A stretch of DNA of 63,283 nt, counting the filler, from Reticulomyxa filosa (lineage: Eukaryota; Protista; Foraminifera): assembly GCA_000512085.1 (NCBI GenBank). It is 19 parts of 19 records of this genome, joined end to end, with 100 filler letters (N's around TTAATTAATTAA, not from the genome) between each part and the next. Parts side by side here need not be neighbours in the genome. Positions count along the whole stretch, not along the records: positions 25,745 to 26,907 come from ASPP01013110.1; positions 27,008 to 28,174 come from ASPP01016761.1; positions 28,275 to 32,479 come from ASPP01005362.1; positions 32,580 to 34,276 come from ASPP01012749.1; positions 34,377 to 35,423 come from ASPP01050617.1; positions 35,524 to 36,860 come from ASPP01001121.1; positions 36,961 to 38,425 come from ASPP01019558.1; positions 38,526 to 39,817 come from ASPP01011565.1; 11 more parts are not named here. One strand, given 5' to 3'. A model generated the notes under the pieces. That model had not been told where the DNA came from. It saw only the letters and a list, made by a program, of their open reading frames with translations, and searched no databases. Both the position numbers and the translations under genes were made by a program. This document shows, in pieces, positions 26,051 to 39,616 of the stretch (positions are counted from its first letter, which is position 1; each line of letters starts with the position of its first letter).

Positions 26051-27626
26051 GACTATTTCAATCGTAAGACAAAATGAGAAAAACAAGAAGAAGAACAACA
26101 TAAAAAAACAACTTAAACGAAACTTTCATTACTAAGTTAAAGTATCTTTTTTTTCCTTGAGATGATCTTTGATGATGTAAAGACGATGAAAAAGATGATT
26201 TTCAACTTTTTTTTTCTAAGTTCACGAAGGGTCAATAAAAATTTATTATATGAGAAAATATTTTTATTAAACTTATAATTATATTCATTATTTATACATA
26301 CAAAGAGAATATGAGTAAATGAAACGTCTAATTTTTTTGCTTTTTGCTAGCAAAAAAAGGGTTTTTTTTTACAAAAATTTCTTTGTATTTATTTCAAGTT
26401 TACTCAAAATTATAGTAATTCAACTGTAATATATTCTGGATAAAAAAAAAATAATAATTTTGGGATCAAAGGAGACGAAGAAGATGATAAAATATTTTAT
26501 CTTAATTTATTGAATTGAAAAGGAAAAAGTATAGAAAGAATACTAAATATGATTTAAATTTATGCCATGGTTCAGTCGGCGATTCCATTCATATTTGTGG
26601 ATAATTTGGGTTTTGTCGAATAAAAACTGAAAATATTTTTATTTGAAAATTTTGACTAAACAAAAAAGTAAAATGATATTGAACTTGTTTAATTTGATTG
26701 AATGCAAGCATTTAATAATGCGTTCTGTCTTATTTTGTTGTTCAAAAAATTAAAAATCTATGTTCAACGTTCTTTAAAAATCCAACAGCATAATAAATAA
26801 AATTATTCAAAATAACTTGCAAGATATTTCAAATATTGCGCTTTCTTCACTTCAACTTGCCAGTTTTGGTAGATTTTGACATGTAACAAGCATTCTCGTT
26901 GTAATGTNNNNNNNNNNNNNNNNNNNNNNNNNNNNNNNNNNNNNNNNNNNNTTAATTAATTAANNNNNNNNNNNNNNNNNNNNNNNNNNNNNNNNNNNNN
27001 NNNNNNNCACTGGGGACTCCCAGGTTCCTTCAACGTTCAGACATTTATAGGGCCTTGCCCTACAGTATATTCTTCATTCCAATTTGTTCTGAGATGCCCA
27101 TGCTGAGGAAATGATAAATTTCGTCAAGTTGCGTTCCTTCTGCTTTTTTCGAAACTTTAGATTTGATATTGAAATCGGTTATGCATTATTAAAAAATACT
27201 GGCATATCCAAGATATCATATAAGCGAATTGAAAAAAAAGAAATTTAATTGGACAAACATATCAAAAACTTATTTTTTATTTGCCTGGCTTTAGTCCAAA
27301 AGATACTGTCCAACAAGACACTGGATAAAAATGTCATGAACCGATAAAACAATTTACGAGTTCAATATATATTTTTTCGAAACTTCAAAATGTTGGTTTC
27401 ACTTGATTCTCGGCAAATTCTTCATGGAGTTTTGTTTGTGAGTAACAAAGATACCATTTGTTCAATTAAATTTTATTATGCCTTTTTCAGTCAGTATGCA
27501 AAAAAAAGGGCTTTTTTCTTTAAGCAAAAAACCAGTTACTTGTTTCGTTTTCACTGGTTCTTTTTTGTTTTGCCGAATTTTTTGTAAATTCCTTTTTTGT
27601 CAAAAAAAAAACACAAAAAGATTAGA

Positions 27627-28076
27627 ATGTTAACAAAATTGCTGTTGTTGGCCTGTGCTGCAAGCACAGGAGTGAAAGGAAAATTGTATGAAGCTCTTGC
27701 CGAGGATTTGGCGGAAATAAAAGAGTATGACCAAGGCAAGCACCGAGTGTGTCTATACCACGAATGGGAGATTCCAGTGGAGCGAATCGAAACAAAGGAA
27801 GCATTTGAATCGTTGGTACCTCAAGAAGGAGGAGGACAAGGAACAGAAAACAACCTATTGTTGGCATTATACGAAGACTCTTGTGAATCAGACGCACACA
27901 ACCCAGTATTTATAGGCGCACAATATGAAACGGGTCCAGGGAACTTGCATTTGGTGGCAATGAATAAAAACATTTTCCCAACAATCGAAGCTGAATGGGA
28001 TCTCCCACACAATTGCACCACTTTATTTTATCCCAAAACCTATTTTTCGAAGACTTTGCATCGTTCAAGCGTCTAG
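27627..28076 (+). CDS. Putative secreted protein (signal peptide), possibly thioredoxin-like fold; 3' end uncertain
   Basis: MLTKLLLLACAASTGVKG signal-like N-terminus; IETKEAFESLV..LLLALYEDSC pattern. Confidence 0.45.
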   Translation: MLTKLLLLACAASTGVKGKLYEALAEDLAEIKEYDQGKHRVCLYHEWEIPVERIETKEAFESLVPQEGGGQGTENNLLLALYEDSCESDAHNPVFIGAQYETGPGNLHLVAMNKNIFPTIEAEWDLPHNCTTLFYPKTYFSKTLHRSSV

Positions 28077-28379
28077 AAGATGCAAGTTTGATTATCTAAT
28101 TTTTTTTTTTTTCCTAAGTTTTATATTAATCAAAGTCCATAAAAATTATCAATTTTGTGTAATGTTTTTTTTTTNNNNNNNNNNNNNNNNNNNNNNNNNN
28201 NNNNNNNNNNNNNNNNNNTTAATTAATTAANNNNNNNNNNNNNNNNNNNNNNNNNNNNNNNNNNNNNNNNNNNNACAAATTTGAAATGTGCAATTGATTA
28301 TTGTAATCCAAAATTATTTATTTTGCAAACAAATAAAAAAAAATACAAAAATAAAAAAAAATACAAAAACAAATGATAG

Positions 28380-30829
28380 GTGTGTATATTTGCGTATGGC
28401 CAAACAGGGTCAGGCAAAACGTATACAATGGAAGGTGGCGATAGCATTGAAGACGCAGGTGTGATTTACCGATCGGTGGACGAGCTGTTCCGACTGAAAA
28501 AAGAGAAATTAGAGCAGCACGAATTGCTGCATGGCAACAACCACACGCGAAGAAAAAGTGCTGACGAAGCCAATATCAATGATCCAGAAAAAATCGGTAT
28601 ACGTATCTGGTTAAGTTGCTTAGAAGTGTACAATGAAACCATTCGTGACCTCATGGTAAATGGAAATGCAGAGTCGCCCACCCAGCTTAAAGTCAAAATA
28701 GGTTAGTTTATTTTTAATGATTTGTTATTATTATTATTATTATTATTAAAATATAATAATAAAAATGATAATGACAATATACGTATGGTATATTTATACA
28801 TATAATGTGATTATTGATAAATTACTATGAATAGACAAAAATGGCAAAGTAACGGTTCCTGGTCTGACACAAACGGAAGTATATAATACGGAGGAAGTGA
28901 GACAATTGCTTAAAAATGTTGCTTCCAAAAATAGAGCGAGTGGTGTTACCAATATGAATGCACATTCTTCACGGTCGCATTGGTATGCAAAGTTTGTTTG
29001 CACTTTTTCTATGTTGTGACTGACAGACAAAAAAAAAAAAAAAAAAGTATTACATTTGGGCCTTGTTTGTGTTGTAATCTGTGAAGTGTAATATCGATTG
29101 ACGTTTGGGTAGAAACTCGACGCCAGATCTTGGTTGAGCTGAGTGACGACGACAAAGAAGACATTGCGATAGATGGCGGTGATGGAAATATGAGGGAAGA
29201 AGAAGAAGACTGGATGGTTGTAAGGCATTGCCAAAGCCGTTTGGTGCTAATTGATTTGGCCGGGTCCGAACGCGTCAAACGAAGTGGAGTCACTGGCAAG
29301 GCCATGGACGAGGCCAAAAGCATTAATCAGTCATTGGCGGCATTGGGCAATGTAATGGCAGCTTTGCAAAGCAAACAAAAGCACGTCCCATTTCGTGACT
29401 CGACATTGACCTATTTACTGCATGACTGCTTAGGTGGGGACTCCAAAGCGCTCATGTTTTGCAATATATCTTGCGAAAGCTTGGATGTGAAGGAGTCACT
29501 CAACACATTACAATTTGCAACACGCGTGAGAAGCATTGAATTGGGCGAGGCAAAAAAATATTCGGGCATTGGTGATGATGATGACGATGACGATGATGCT
29601 AATGGTAATGACTACAATCAGGCACAGTTTGAGGCGATGAAAGTGCAGTGCAGACAACTCAAACGTGAAATCGAAAACAAAAACACTGAAATCACAGCCA
29701 TTAAAACACTATTGCAAAAAACCAAAAAGAGTTGCTGCTTCTCCAGAAAAAAAAAGATAAAGATAAGGATAAGGAAAATGAACTCACGGATAATATTGCA
29801 AATCATGAGAATACTGGTATTTTGGTCAATAATCACAATCTAGTCGATACAAAAAAATCTATTCCAGTCACAAAGGAAAACCAAGTCTTGGAAAACAAAC
29901 CGAAATTTCAAATTCAAGAATTGAAAACAAAAATAGCTTCGCTTAAATCCTTATTTATTTGTTTATTTTGATCTTTTTGTTTTTTACTAAGCTTTATTCA
30001 TACATCGCCAACAGAATCGTCGACAATCCCTTTCTACTTGCCAGCTTTCACGAAGAGGCCACAATAGTGCTTTCGGAATAAATACGACCTTAACGTCCAT
30101 CCAAAATATATCCAAAAAAAATTTAAGTACAGTAGCTTTGCTGAAAACTGCAAGAGAAGATCAAAGCAAAACACCTACTAGTTTCCAATCTGAAATGAAA
30201 GAAAAATCGAAATCCAAGGACACACAAAACCAAGAAAACAACAATCTTAATATAATGAGTCAAATCAAAAGCGATGATATCAATGACAAAAAGGTGGACT
30301 TTGATTATCAGTCAAAAAAACTTGGTCAAAAAAGAAAATGGCCTTCAACAGATGAAACTACTGGTGAATTTCACGACGAGGAAAACAATTCGGCCGATCA
30401 CTCAAACAAGAAACGACGAACAAACGAGTTTACGTGCAGTCTCATGCCTTCAACCATTTTTGGTAAGCAAATAAAAAAAAGACTCTTTACATTTGAAATT
30501 AATCCTTGTGTTTTTTGACATTGCAAAAAAAGATGTCAATCCGAGAACTACTGTATCAACGTGCAAAGTTGCAACTGTAGACAGCATCATGAAAGCAATT
30601 CAATCAGGGACATATGTTGAAAATGGTTTGTCTTTTTCCCTCAACTTTATTTGATTAAGTAATTGCTAAAAACTTGTGCTGTTGTGATTTTGCAGATACG
30701 AAAACGATCATTGCCAGTCCTAAGGCCGAACAACCTGAGCAAGCAAATGGCAATACAAACAAAAACAAAATGTTGCCAGTTACAGTAAGTTCGGTATTAC
30801 ACCAATTGGCAATGAATAGGAAATCTTGA
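28380..30829 (+). CDS. Kinesin (kinesin-14-like motor) followed by a coiled coil and tail; 5'-truncated
   Basis: CIFAYGQTGSGKTYTMEG (P-loop), NAHSSRSH (switch I), LIDLAGSERV (switch II), HVPFRDSTLTYLL, LGGDSKALMF..FATRVRSIELG. Confidence 0.92.
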
Positions 30830-31167
30830 TATTTTTGTAATTAAGGGTTTTCTTTTGTGGGTTCAATTCAACCATTTATTTAAACAACTGTTTCAAACTA
30901 ATCGCCAAAATAAATCAAAAACCTTCACCACTAGGTTGATTTTCACACAAAAACGAAAGAAAAAGTTTGTGGAGTGAACTAGCCGTTTGCATTGTCAACA
31001 TATTTTTATGTGTTGGACAGAATAAAAAACAATTCGATCCAACCAGCTTGAAGAATTCAAAGCATCTTTATTGTTTCAATCTCATCACAAGAAAAAAAAG
31101 CTGCCTACATTTTTTTAATACCAAAAATAAATAAATAGAATTTCATGACCCTTTTTTTTCTTCGGAG

Positions 31168-32345
31168 TCAAGTTGTGAAATAAGTATAATATGGGCTGTG
31201 AGCACTCATATCTGGCAAGTAAAAACCACTTTTTTCGTCAACGTTGATGCCATTATTCAACAAACTAACCACATAATCACTAACATTGGAATCAATAACT
31301 GGAAGTGTTTCACTTTCATTGAGAACCATCTTGTTGATGCTTAAATTATCTTCACTTAATTCCATGGCTATATTGTTGTTGTAATTGAGATCGTCACTAC
31401 TATTTCGCAGCTCAAAATGGAGAAGCCAGCTATCATGGCACTTCAGCACAGAAACATGTGATGATGTGCTTTTGCCAGGAAGACGATACCCATTGATGAC
31501 GACAGTTAGCAACGGACATTGATAAGTCCAAATTTCTTTGTGATAAGTAATTTCACCCTTGTATGAAACATAAAACCCATATAATTTTAAATAACGCCAT
31601 TTTTTTTTTGCAGTGGTCGTTGTTGTCAACGAATAGCCAACTACAAATAACCGTTGCATTGCAACATCAATATATAAACCACCCAATTTACACTCTGACA
31701 ACAACTGCCACAACGTACTGTTATAAAAATTTGGCATTGCTCCATTGGAATTCAAAGTGAATAGGTAGCTGCGATAAGGAGTCGCTAAACGTAGCGGAAC
31801 AGTCAAGTTATCACCAGTGTATCCTAGCAGCACCAATTGTCTTGATGCATTTTTTCCCATTTCCTAAGTGTGTGTGAGGAATAATAATAAAAAAGAAATA
31901 AGCTTCCATTAAAAAAACAAACAAATAAGTAAATTACCTGAAGAATGGTCGGGTCAAGAGCAACCATCAAATCTTTAATGTCAGCCAAAAAGTACCATTT
32001 CAAGTGCTGAACAAAGGAGTGAGGTGCCAATGGCACAATCATATGCCGTGGACTAGCATTGTTGAAGGTATCGCCGATAATTCTGTTATCAAAGGGCAAG
32101 CATCGTAAGCACTGTTCTTTTTCGTCCAAATAATAAAAGCCGTTGGACGCATCGCCCATAATAAACATGGAAGAATCGTTAATATAGGAAGCAAACCAAT
32201 CAAAGTCCAACCGTAATCCTTGTGACTGTACCGAGAGGTCTTTCGTCACTGGGAAGTACCGCCACTCACCGTAGTAGTATTCGTTGTTATTTTTCCAAAC
32301 CAATCGCGTGCGCAGAGCGCCACACAAGACGTCTTTGGACCGCTA
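31168..32345 (-). CDS. Hypothetical protein fragment (two long exons, beta-rich)
   Basis: ORFs 31168-31860 and 31824-32327 separated by a GT-AG intron at about 31870-31938. Confidence 0.5.
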
Positions 32346-32442
32346 ATTTTTGTACACTTATTTATTTTTTTATTTTTTTATTTTTTTTTTTATTTATTTT
32401 TTTTTTTTAACACAAATAAAATGAATAAATGGACAAATAAAT

Positions 32443-32479
<37 letters not shown>

Positions 32480-32629
32480 NNNNNNNNNNNNNNNNNNNNN
32501 NNNNNNNNNNNNNNNNNNNNNNNTTAATTAATTAANNNNNNNNNNNNNNNNNNNNNNNNNNNNNNNNNNNNNNNNNNNNGAAAAAGAAAAAGAAAAAAAA
32601 AAAGAAGAGGAAATTAAAAAATTTCCAAA

Positions 32630-32987
32630 CCAAACAAATGCGATAACTCAGGATACTTACGCATTTACCACTTGCTCCGCACCTTCGTGCCAGTGCAAAT
32701 TATTTACTCCACACCAATTCAAACCGATTTTATGTATCTGCCAACATGCCAAACAAAATCACAAACATGAACTCCTATCTAATCCGTCACAGACAAACAA
32801 CCCACATATACACAAAGAACACAATACCGCCAATGACGAAAGGGAGTTGCTAAGATATAAAGAAGAATACATTCAAGAACACAAATCCCAGCCCACTCGT
32901 ACCCAACTAAAGAATTTTGTCGAACAAAAACATCATGTTAAGCTCAATTTCACTGCTTTAAACAAAATTATTCCGGGTCGCTTATAA
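32630..32987 (+). CDS. 3' exon with a small Cys/His zinc-binding motif, missed by the ORF track
   Basis: TCSAPSCQCKLFTPHQFKPILCICQHAKQNH..KIIPGRL*; stop at 32985-32987. Confidence 0.6.
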
Positions 32988-34376
32988 CGGTCTTATTATA
33001 CAAAAGTCAAAATTGTTTCCATGTTAACCTTTTTTTGTTCTATCTCTTAATTTTTTTCACTTTTTAATTTTAGCTAGTTTTTTGATTTGATTTTTCTCTC
33101 TTTTTTTTTTCTTCTCCTCTTGGGAATGTTCTTGCATAGCATGGATTTTTTTTTTTGTGATCAGTTTATTTTTTGTTTAGGGGAGTACAACAGTACGCAA
33201 ATTGTTTTGTGGAGCGTGTATTAAAAATTTTTGTGGTTTTTATGTTTTTTTCAATGGACGTACTTCTTGCCAAAAGGTCATTTGAAAACATTGTCCATCT
33301 TCATGATTGCTTCTCTCAAACTTGTTACTAAATATTTCTGTTCAAAATAGAAAATAAACTCGCGTTCTCAAGGTTGCAAGACTACCGTAAATAGATAATC
33401 GACACACCTAGATGAAATAAAAATCTGCAAACATAATTTGAAATGTTGTCATAATAAGTTGTTAAAGAAAAAACATTTCAAAGGCACTCATTTGCTTGTT
33501 GTTTTTTTTAAATATAACAAATTAAAAAAGCATCTATTGATGACAACAAGATGAATTCTATGAATAAATGAAACGCTGGGGCTGCCAATAATTCTGCGTT
33601 AAACTGTTACTGATTATTTGCAATTCTCCTCCAATAAAAAATTGCAAACAAAAATTTAATTGGATATTGTCAATATCTCATAAATGTTGATCCTTTTTTT
33701 TTCAAATTACAAGAAGTTCTGTTTCCTTTTGTAATAAAAAAGGGGAAAATTTTGAAAATGAGCTTGTGCAATAGTCGAAGTTGCTTCTTTGTGTCAACTT
33801 AAACTTCGTTCCTAATTTGATGTTACTTTGTAACTTTGTTTTTCTCTGTCTGTGTTAAAACTGTAAACAACATGCTACCAAAAAACAACAGACATAAATT
33901 CGCCACAGAAACAACGAACGATAAAAAAACAATGAAAAATGGTAGCGAACAGAGAATGAGCAAACATTGACAACGAGCGAGAGGAGATTGAATAAAAAGG
34001 ATGAGAGCCGAGTTAGCAGGTTCGCCACACTCCTCTCATTGAATGGACAATTTTACTCACAATTCACTGAATGTGACAATGCAAATCCATGACGACGGAA
34101 AAAGACGATGATGAAGACATTACAACGTGGAATTGCTGGAGGTCATTGTTATATGCATATTATCATTTTGCATGTTTTTTTTTTTTTTTTTTAGAGTGTA
34201 TTACTTTGCAAATGATTTTTATACGTATACATACATATATATATATATATACAATTTTGTTTATTTGTTTACATTTNNNNNNNNNNNNNNNNNNNNNNNN
34301 NNNNNNNNNNNNNNNNNNNNTTAATTAATTAANNNNNNNNNNNNNNNNNNNNNNNNNNNNNNNNNNNNNNNNNNNN

Positions 34377-34416
<40 letters not shown>

Positions 34417-34419
34417 AAA

Positions 34420-35423
34420 CTTGAAACATGAATTTGTTGTGATCTCGATACAATTGCAATTCAGGAATGCCTTCATTTTCTTCGTCGTCGTAGCACGCGC
34501 AAGCCAACAGCTCTCCATTGGGCGAGAGCTGAATGGCCTTGACGCCACTCCCTGTGTTGATCTTAAATATCGCGCTTAAGGCGACTTCTCCGGTTTGATG
34601 GCTTGTTCTTATGCTCGGGTGGATCTCATGCACTCTCTGCTCTATGTTCTGGCGCTCTGCGCTGTTCTCGTCCATTGTGCTGATCAGCTTGTCAAACTTT
34701 TCTTGTTCCAATTGCTCTTTGCCACTCACGCGACGAAAACGCCAAAACATCACACACCAGTCGTCCCTTTTTTTTTTTTTTTTGAAACATACACAAATGC
34801 ATTAATTGTTGCAAAGAATACTTTTTTGCTCTGTTTGCTTTAGTTACATACACACATACATGTATACATATATACACATATATATACATATATATATGTA
34901 TATATTGGAGAAGAAGAGGAAAAAAAAGACATACCCACAAGATATACAAATACCATTTTGAATTGGATGATGGATGACCTGGTTTATCCATCTTTATTAT
35001 TTGTTTGTTTTTTTTTATTTAAAAAAAAAAAAAATGCGAATGATAAAAAACAAGTATGTGCATCACAATAGTGTCCGTCAAATTCTTAACAAGGTGTGTC
35101 CTCGCAGCTGATCGAAGTCGGTGGTCATGAAACCTGTGTCTTTGAACTCAAACCCCATTGCTGACATTCTGTCCTCGACCGGGCAATGTCATTGTCATTG
35201 CATGTCGCAACAATATACAGTGCCGAGTGCATGATCACATATACATATGAATATATACATATAAATATATATATATATTATATTTTTTTTTTAAAAAAAA
35301 AAAATGACTGATTGATTGGTTGTATTTGACGTTGGACGCATTTGGAAATAGACACGCAATAGAGTTGTTGTAACTTGGCAGCATAGCAACATGGAGAATA
35401 GACAACAGAGCACAGAGCATAGA
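34420..35423 (-). CDS. Fragment of a WD40/beta-propeller protein
   Basis: KINTGSGVKAIQLSPNGELLACAC; exons interrupted by microsatellite-rich introns. Confidence 0.5.
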
Positions 35424-37152
35424 NNNNNNNNNNNNNNNNNNNNNNNNNNNNNNNNNNNNNNNNNNNNTTAATTAATTAANNNNNNNNNNNNNNNNNNNNN
35501 NNNNNNNNNNNNNNNNNNNNNNNGTGCCATTTAGGTATGGCAGTTTTTTTTGCAATCTACTGTAAGTGACTATTGAGAATTCCAATGATCAGTAAATCAT
35601 TTCGAATAGTATTTCTTTTTACAATGCTTTTAAAAAGAAATTTGGTTGGTTGTTGTTTTTTCACATTAGAACGATAATTCTTGTCACATGTCAAAATATA
35701 CTAAAAGTGATCACTAATTTCAAAGATGAAAAATGAAAAAAAAATTAAAGCGTCCAAATCAAGCCAGGACGTTAGAACAAACTATTTTGAATCGATTGAT
35801 GAATTCTAGTGAAATAACTTTGATTTTTGACAAAGTTAGACTGCGATCACTTATTTTTTTTATATTTGCACAACACTGCATGGCCAATTATCTTTTGTTT
35901 TTTTTATAAATTTAAAATTGTATTAGCGTTGCTTATAGCTGCTTTAGTTGACTTTTTTTTATTGTTTATATTGCAATTGATGCACTTGTAGGGCAAGCCC
36001 TTATCATACATGGCTGAATGCCTATGGAACCGAGGAACTTCCTTTGGGTTAGAACTTCCTCAACAACAACTTCTTACTTGTTTTCTTTTCTTTCACTTTT
36101 CTTTTTGATATTCTTTATATTCTTTTCAATTTACTTTATTTTACTGAAAACCACTCGTTACGAGTGAGAACCTTTTCGTATTACATTTAGTACAGTTCTC
36201 CGTAGCTGACTCCACACACTTGTAAATAATTATTTTTGACTATTCTTTTATTGTTTCACTTTTGCCTTTGAGTTTGATTGATTTATACAGTTATATTTAA
36301 AGTGTTTAGATATTGAAATAATTACTTTTTCGTTATTTGAATTATTGTAGCATATACTTCATGTTGTTTCTAATGTTATATATTGTTTCTTCATGAAAAA
36401 AATTGATTATTTTTAAAGTGTAATTTTAGTTACTTTTTTTTGTATTATGCAAAATTTCAAATATGTGAAATTTTATTATAAACTATGCATGAGTTTAATT
36501 ATAATTAATTGATATGAAAAAAAATAAATTACTTTAGTCATAACACTTTATATATTATAGTCATTGTGATAAAATAAAATTCAGGATCCAGGTATTCTAT
36601 TATTTGTTGAATCCTTAAAATCATTTTTATTTTATATAATATATTATTTGCAGACAAATTTGAACATTCAATAATATAATTTTTCAAATACTTAAATTCT
36701 AATTATCACAAAAAAACAGTAAAATTGAGGATACATAAAGTTTAAGCAAAAATGAGAAACTTGTATTATGTTTAAATTTTTGTAAGTAATATTTAGTATT
36801 GCAATCATTTACAAATTGTTGAATTTATGAAATTGAATATATAGTAGTACAGTAGATTGCNNNNNNNNNNNNNNNNNNNNNNNNNNNNNNNNNNNNNNNN
36901 NNNNTTAATTAATTAANNNNNNNNNNNNNNNNNNNNNNNNNNNNNNNNNNNNNNNNNNNNGTATATTGTTAATAGTGTATTGATTCGAGATGAAGTAATT
37001 CGATTAAGAAAACAAAGGGAGGGCTATAAGTATCATAAAAGATGATACATTTTCAAAGTAAAGCAAAGTTAAATGAGCCCCTAGTGGTATCATTTATTTT
37101 CTATTAATCGAGTGAAAAGGACGAAGAACAATACTAATATCTTTCACGTTGA

Positions 37153-38425
37153 TCAAAACAGAAAAGAAAAAAAAACAAAACCTTTGGCAATATCCATGGT
37201 TCGCTGAGCACCGAGCCTGTTTCTGGAAATATCCAATTTTTGCAAAGAATTATTTCGCAATAAGAAGGTTTGGATTTCTCGTGCTCCCAAATCTCCAAAT
37301 CGATTGGCTGCGACATTCAAGTGTGTCAATGTATTATTTCGTTCGATTCCTCGACGCAAGTACTTGCATCCTAAATTTTATCAAAGCAAAGGGTTCGGAT
37401 TGAAGAATTGTTTTGAAGATACACTTATATATACATATATATAAATTTGATTTTTTTTTTTATACGTACCATTGTCGGATATTTCACAATTTTCTAAAGA
37501 CAGTCGGTTGATGGTATTACTGATACAAATGGCCTTGCCCAAGTATCCACATCCTGCGTCGCTCGTGCAATTGTACGACAGATTCAGCTTCTTCAAACAG
37601 CCGATCCTTTGGCGGCCTTCGAAGCCTGCTAACACACTCCGCACATCCGTGACTTGAAACGAATCCAAATCGATTCCAGGCGCCAACAAGCCGGCAATGG
37701 CGCGGGTGCCACTGACGCCAATTTCATTGCCCATCAAGTCCAACACTTCTAGTGAATCCATGCACGAATTTACCAATCCGTCTGCCAAGAGCTTGGCACC
37801 AGGTGATTGAATTGCACACCAGCGTAATTTTAATACCCTTTATAATACATACAAATATGTATTATATATGAAATGAGTGTATATTATATACGTTAAAAAA
37901 AAAATATGTCATAGGCATATGTAAATACTATATTTGTATGCGTACTATGTACTATATAACTATGTGTCCATGCATATATGAAGAACAATCATTGTTAGTT
38001 ATACATATGTATATGTATATGTATATGTATATAATAATATACCTAATTCCTTTAATAGGGTCAGTAGTAAGCACTTGCCGCCATAGTTTCATAGTCTCAC
38101 TTCGACACACACTTGGAGGTAACATAGACTTGTCCAATTTCCCCTTTTTTGCAGCTTCGATAAACGCCTCACGAAGTAACTGCAACTTTGCTTTTTCGTT
38201 TTGCTCTTGTCGTCCTTTGTTTTTCACTTCGTTCCCGCTTCCATTGGCTGTCACCGCTGCGCTGTTGTTCTCTTTAGTCATTGATGCATTCAAACTATCT
38301 TTGCTTCCATTCCTTTCTCGTGTTTTTTTATCTTTTTGGTCTTCCTCCTCCTTTTCATTCTCATTATCGTTATCGTTATCGTTATCGTTATCGTTTCCAT
38401 TCCCATTCTCGTTCTCATTATTCTC
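37153..38425 (-). CDS. Ribonuclease-inhibitor-type leucine-rich repeat protein fragment
   Basis: LEVLDLMGNEIGVSG, LKKLNLSYNCTSDAG, LSLENCEISDNG, LTHLNVAANRFGDLG, LQKLDISRNRLGAQ. Confidence 0.85.
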
Positions 38426-38527
38426 NNNNNNNNNNNNNNNNNNNNNNNNNNNNNNNNNNNNNNNNNNNNTTAATTAATTAANNNNNNNNNNNNNNNNNNN
38501 NNNNNNNNNNNNNNNNNNNNNNNNNTC

Positions 38528-38905
38528 GCAGGCCAGGCGCTGCAAGAAGGCGCCGGTAATAACCTGTTTGGTGCGTTACCGGCCTGGAAGAGTAACCACA
38601 GCCTGATCTGGCAAAGCGGTGACTGGCAAAGCAGCCTGACCGCCGCCTTTACCAGCGGTTATACGCAAAAAGTCGCCACCAGCGCCAGCAACCCTGGGCT
38701 GAATGCTAAGGTGGCCAGCTTTACGCAGTGGGATGGTCAGGTCAGTTATCAGGGTTTTACCAACACCCGGCTGACGCTGTCGGTACAAAACCTGTTTGAC
38801 CGCAACCCGCCGTTTGACCCAAGCGCCGGCAGCGATTTTACCGACACCACGCAGTACAACCTGCGCGGCCGTCAGCTGAGCCTGAGCGCCAGCTATCAGT
38901 TTTGA
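38528..38905 (+). CDS. Bacterial TonB-dependent outer-membrane receptor, C-terminal fragment
   Basis: LTLSVQNLFDRNPP..YNLRGRQLSLSASYQF with terminal Phe; GC-rich and intronless. Confidence 0.9.
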   Translation, partial: AGQALQEGAGNNLFGALPAWKSNHSLIWQSGDWQSSLTAAFTSGYTQKVATSASNPGLNAKVASFTQWDGQVSYQGFTNTRLTLSVQNLFDRNPPFDPSAGSDFTDTTQYNLRGRQLSLSASYQF

Positions 38906-38920
38906 TTGGCATGATTGTGC

Positions 38921-38950
38921 AAACAGCGCCCTCTTCGGAGGGCGCTTTTA
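38921..38950 (+). terminator. Rho-independent terminator between convergent bacterial genes
   Basis: Hairpin AGCGCCCTC-TTCG-GAGGGCGCT with a C(UUCG)G loop, running into a T tract. Confidence 0.88.
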
Positions 38951-38989
38951 ATCCAGCCACCAGATGCCCACTCACAGCTGCCGACCAAT

Positions 38990-39616
38990 TTAAACCGGCA
39001 ACGGCGTCCACCATAAACTGCCGCCAATAATCGCCAACACCACAGCCTGCAACCGCGCCAGTAACTGGCGGTGTTTTAACAACGGGCCGCGCGCCAGACC
39101 GTACCGGGCCAGAGACAACCAGCAAGCATGCGACAGCAATGAACTGGCGGCAAATACCAGTGCTAACAGGGCAAATTGCTGCGTGATGGGCTGGGTTATA
39201 TCGAGAAACTGCGGTAACAGCGCGCTGATAAACAACCAGGCTTTTGGATTGGTTAACGCAACCAGCACGCCTTGCCAGTACAGCCTGTTTTTCGCAGGCG
39301 CCACAGCGACAGTCAGCGCTGTTACATCACGCGCTTGCCGCCATTGATGGAAGGCTAGGTAGATTAAATAAGCCGAACCAGCCACTTTTAACACCGTAAA
39401 AGCCAACACTGACTGGGACAGCAATACACTGACACCGGCAAAGCCGGCCGCAGCGACCAACAACAAGCCGGTTGCATTGCCAAGTGCGCCGCGCCAGGCC
39501 GCTCTGGCTCCTGCCGTCAGCGTATTGTGGATGGTAAACAACACTGCGGGGCCAGGACTCAGCGTTGTTAATAACGCCACCCCGCTGAACAGCAATAACG
39601 CACTCATCTGATTCAT
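38990..39616 (-). CDS. Bacterial LysE/RhtB family amino-acid exporter
   Basis: LLTTLSPGPAVL, LKVAGSAYLIYL, QGVLVALTNPKAWLF..LPQF. Confidence 0.92.
   Translation of the reverse strand: MNQMSALLLFSGVALLTTLSPGPAVLFTIHNTLTAGARAAWRGALGNATGLLLVAAAGFAGVSVLLSQSVLAFTVLKVAGSAYLIYLAFHQWRQARDVTALTVAVAPAKNRLYWQGVLVALTNPKAWLFISALLPQFLDITQPITQQFALLALVFAASSLLSHACWLSLARYGLARGPLLKHRQLLARLQAVVLAIIGGSLWWTPLPV

Noticed and set aside
35985-36180. GC-richer patch and hairpin cactcgt-t-acgagtg in an otherwise non-coding AT-rich contig
   Set aside because: No tRNA/snRNA hallmarks recognised; a short palindrome is expected by chance
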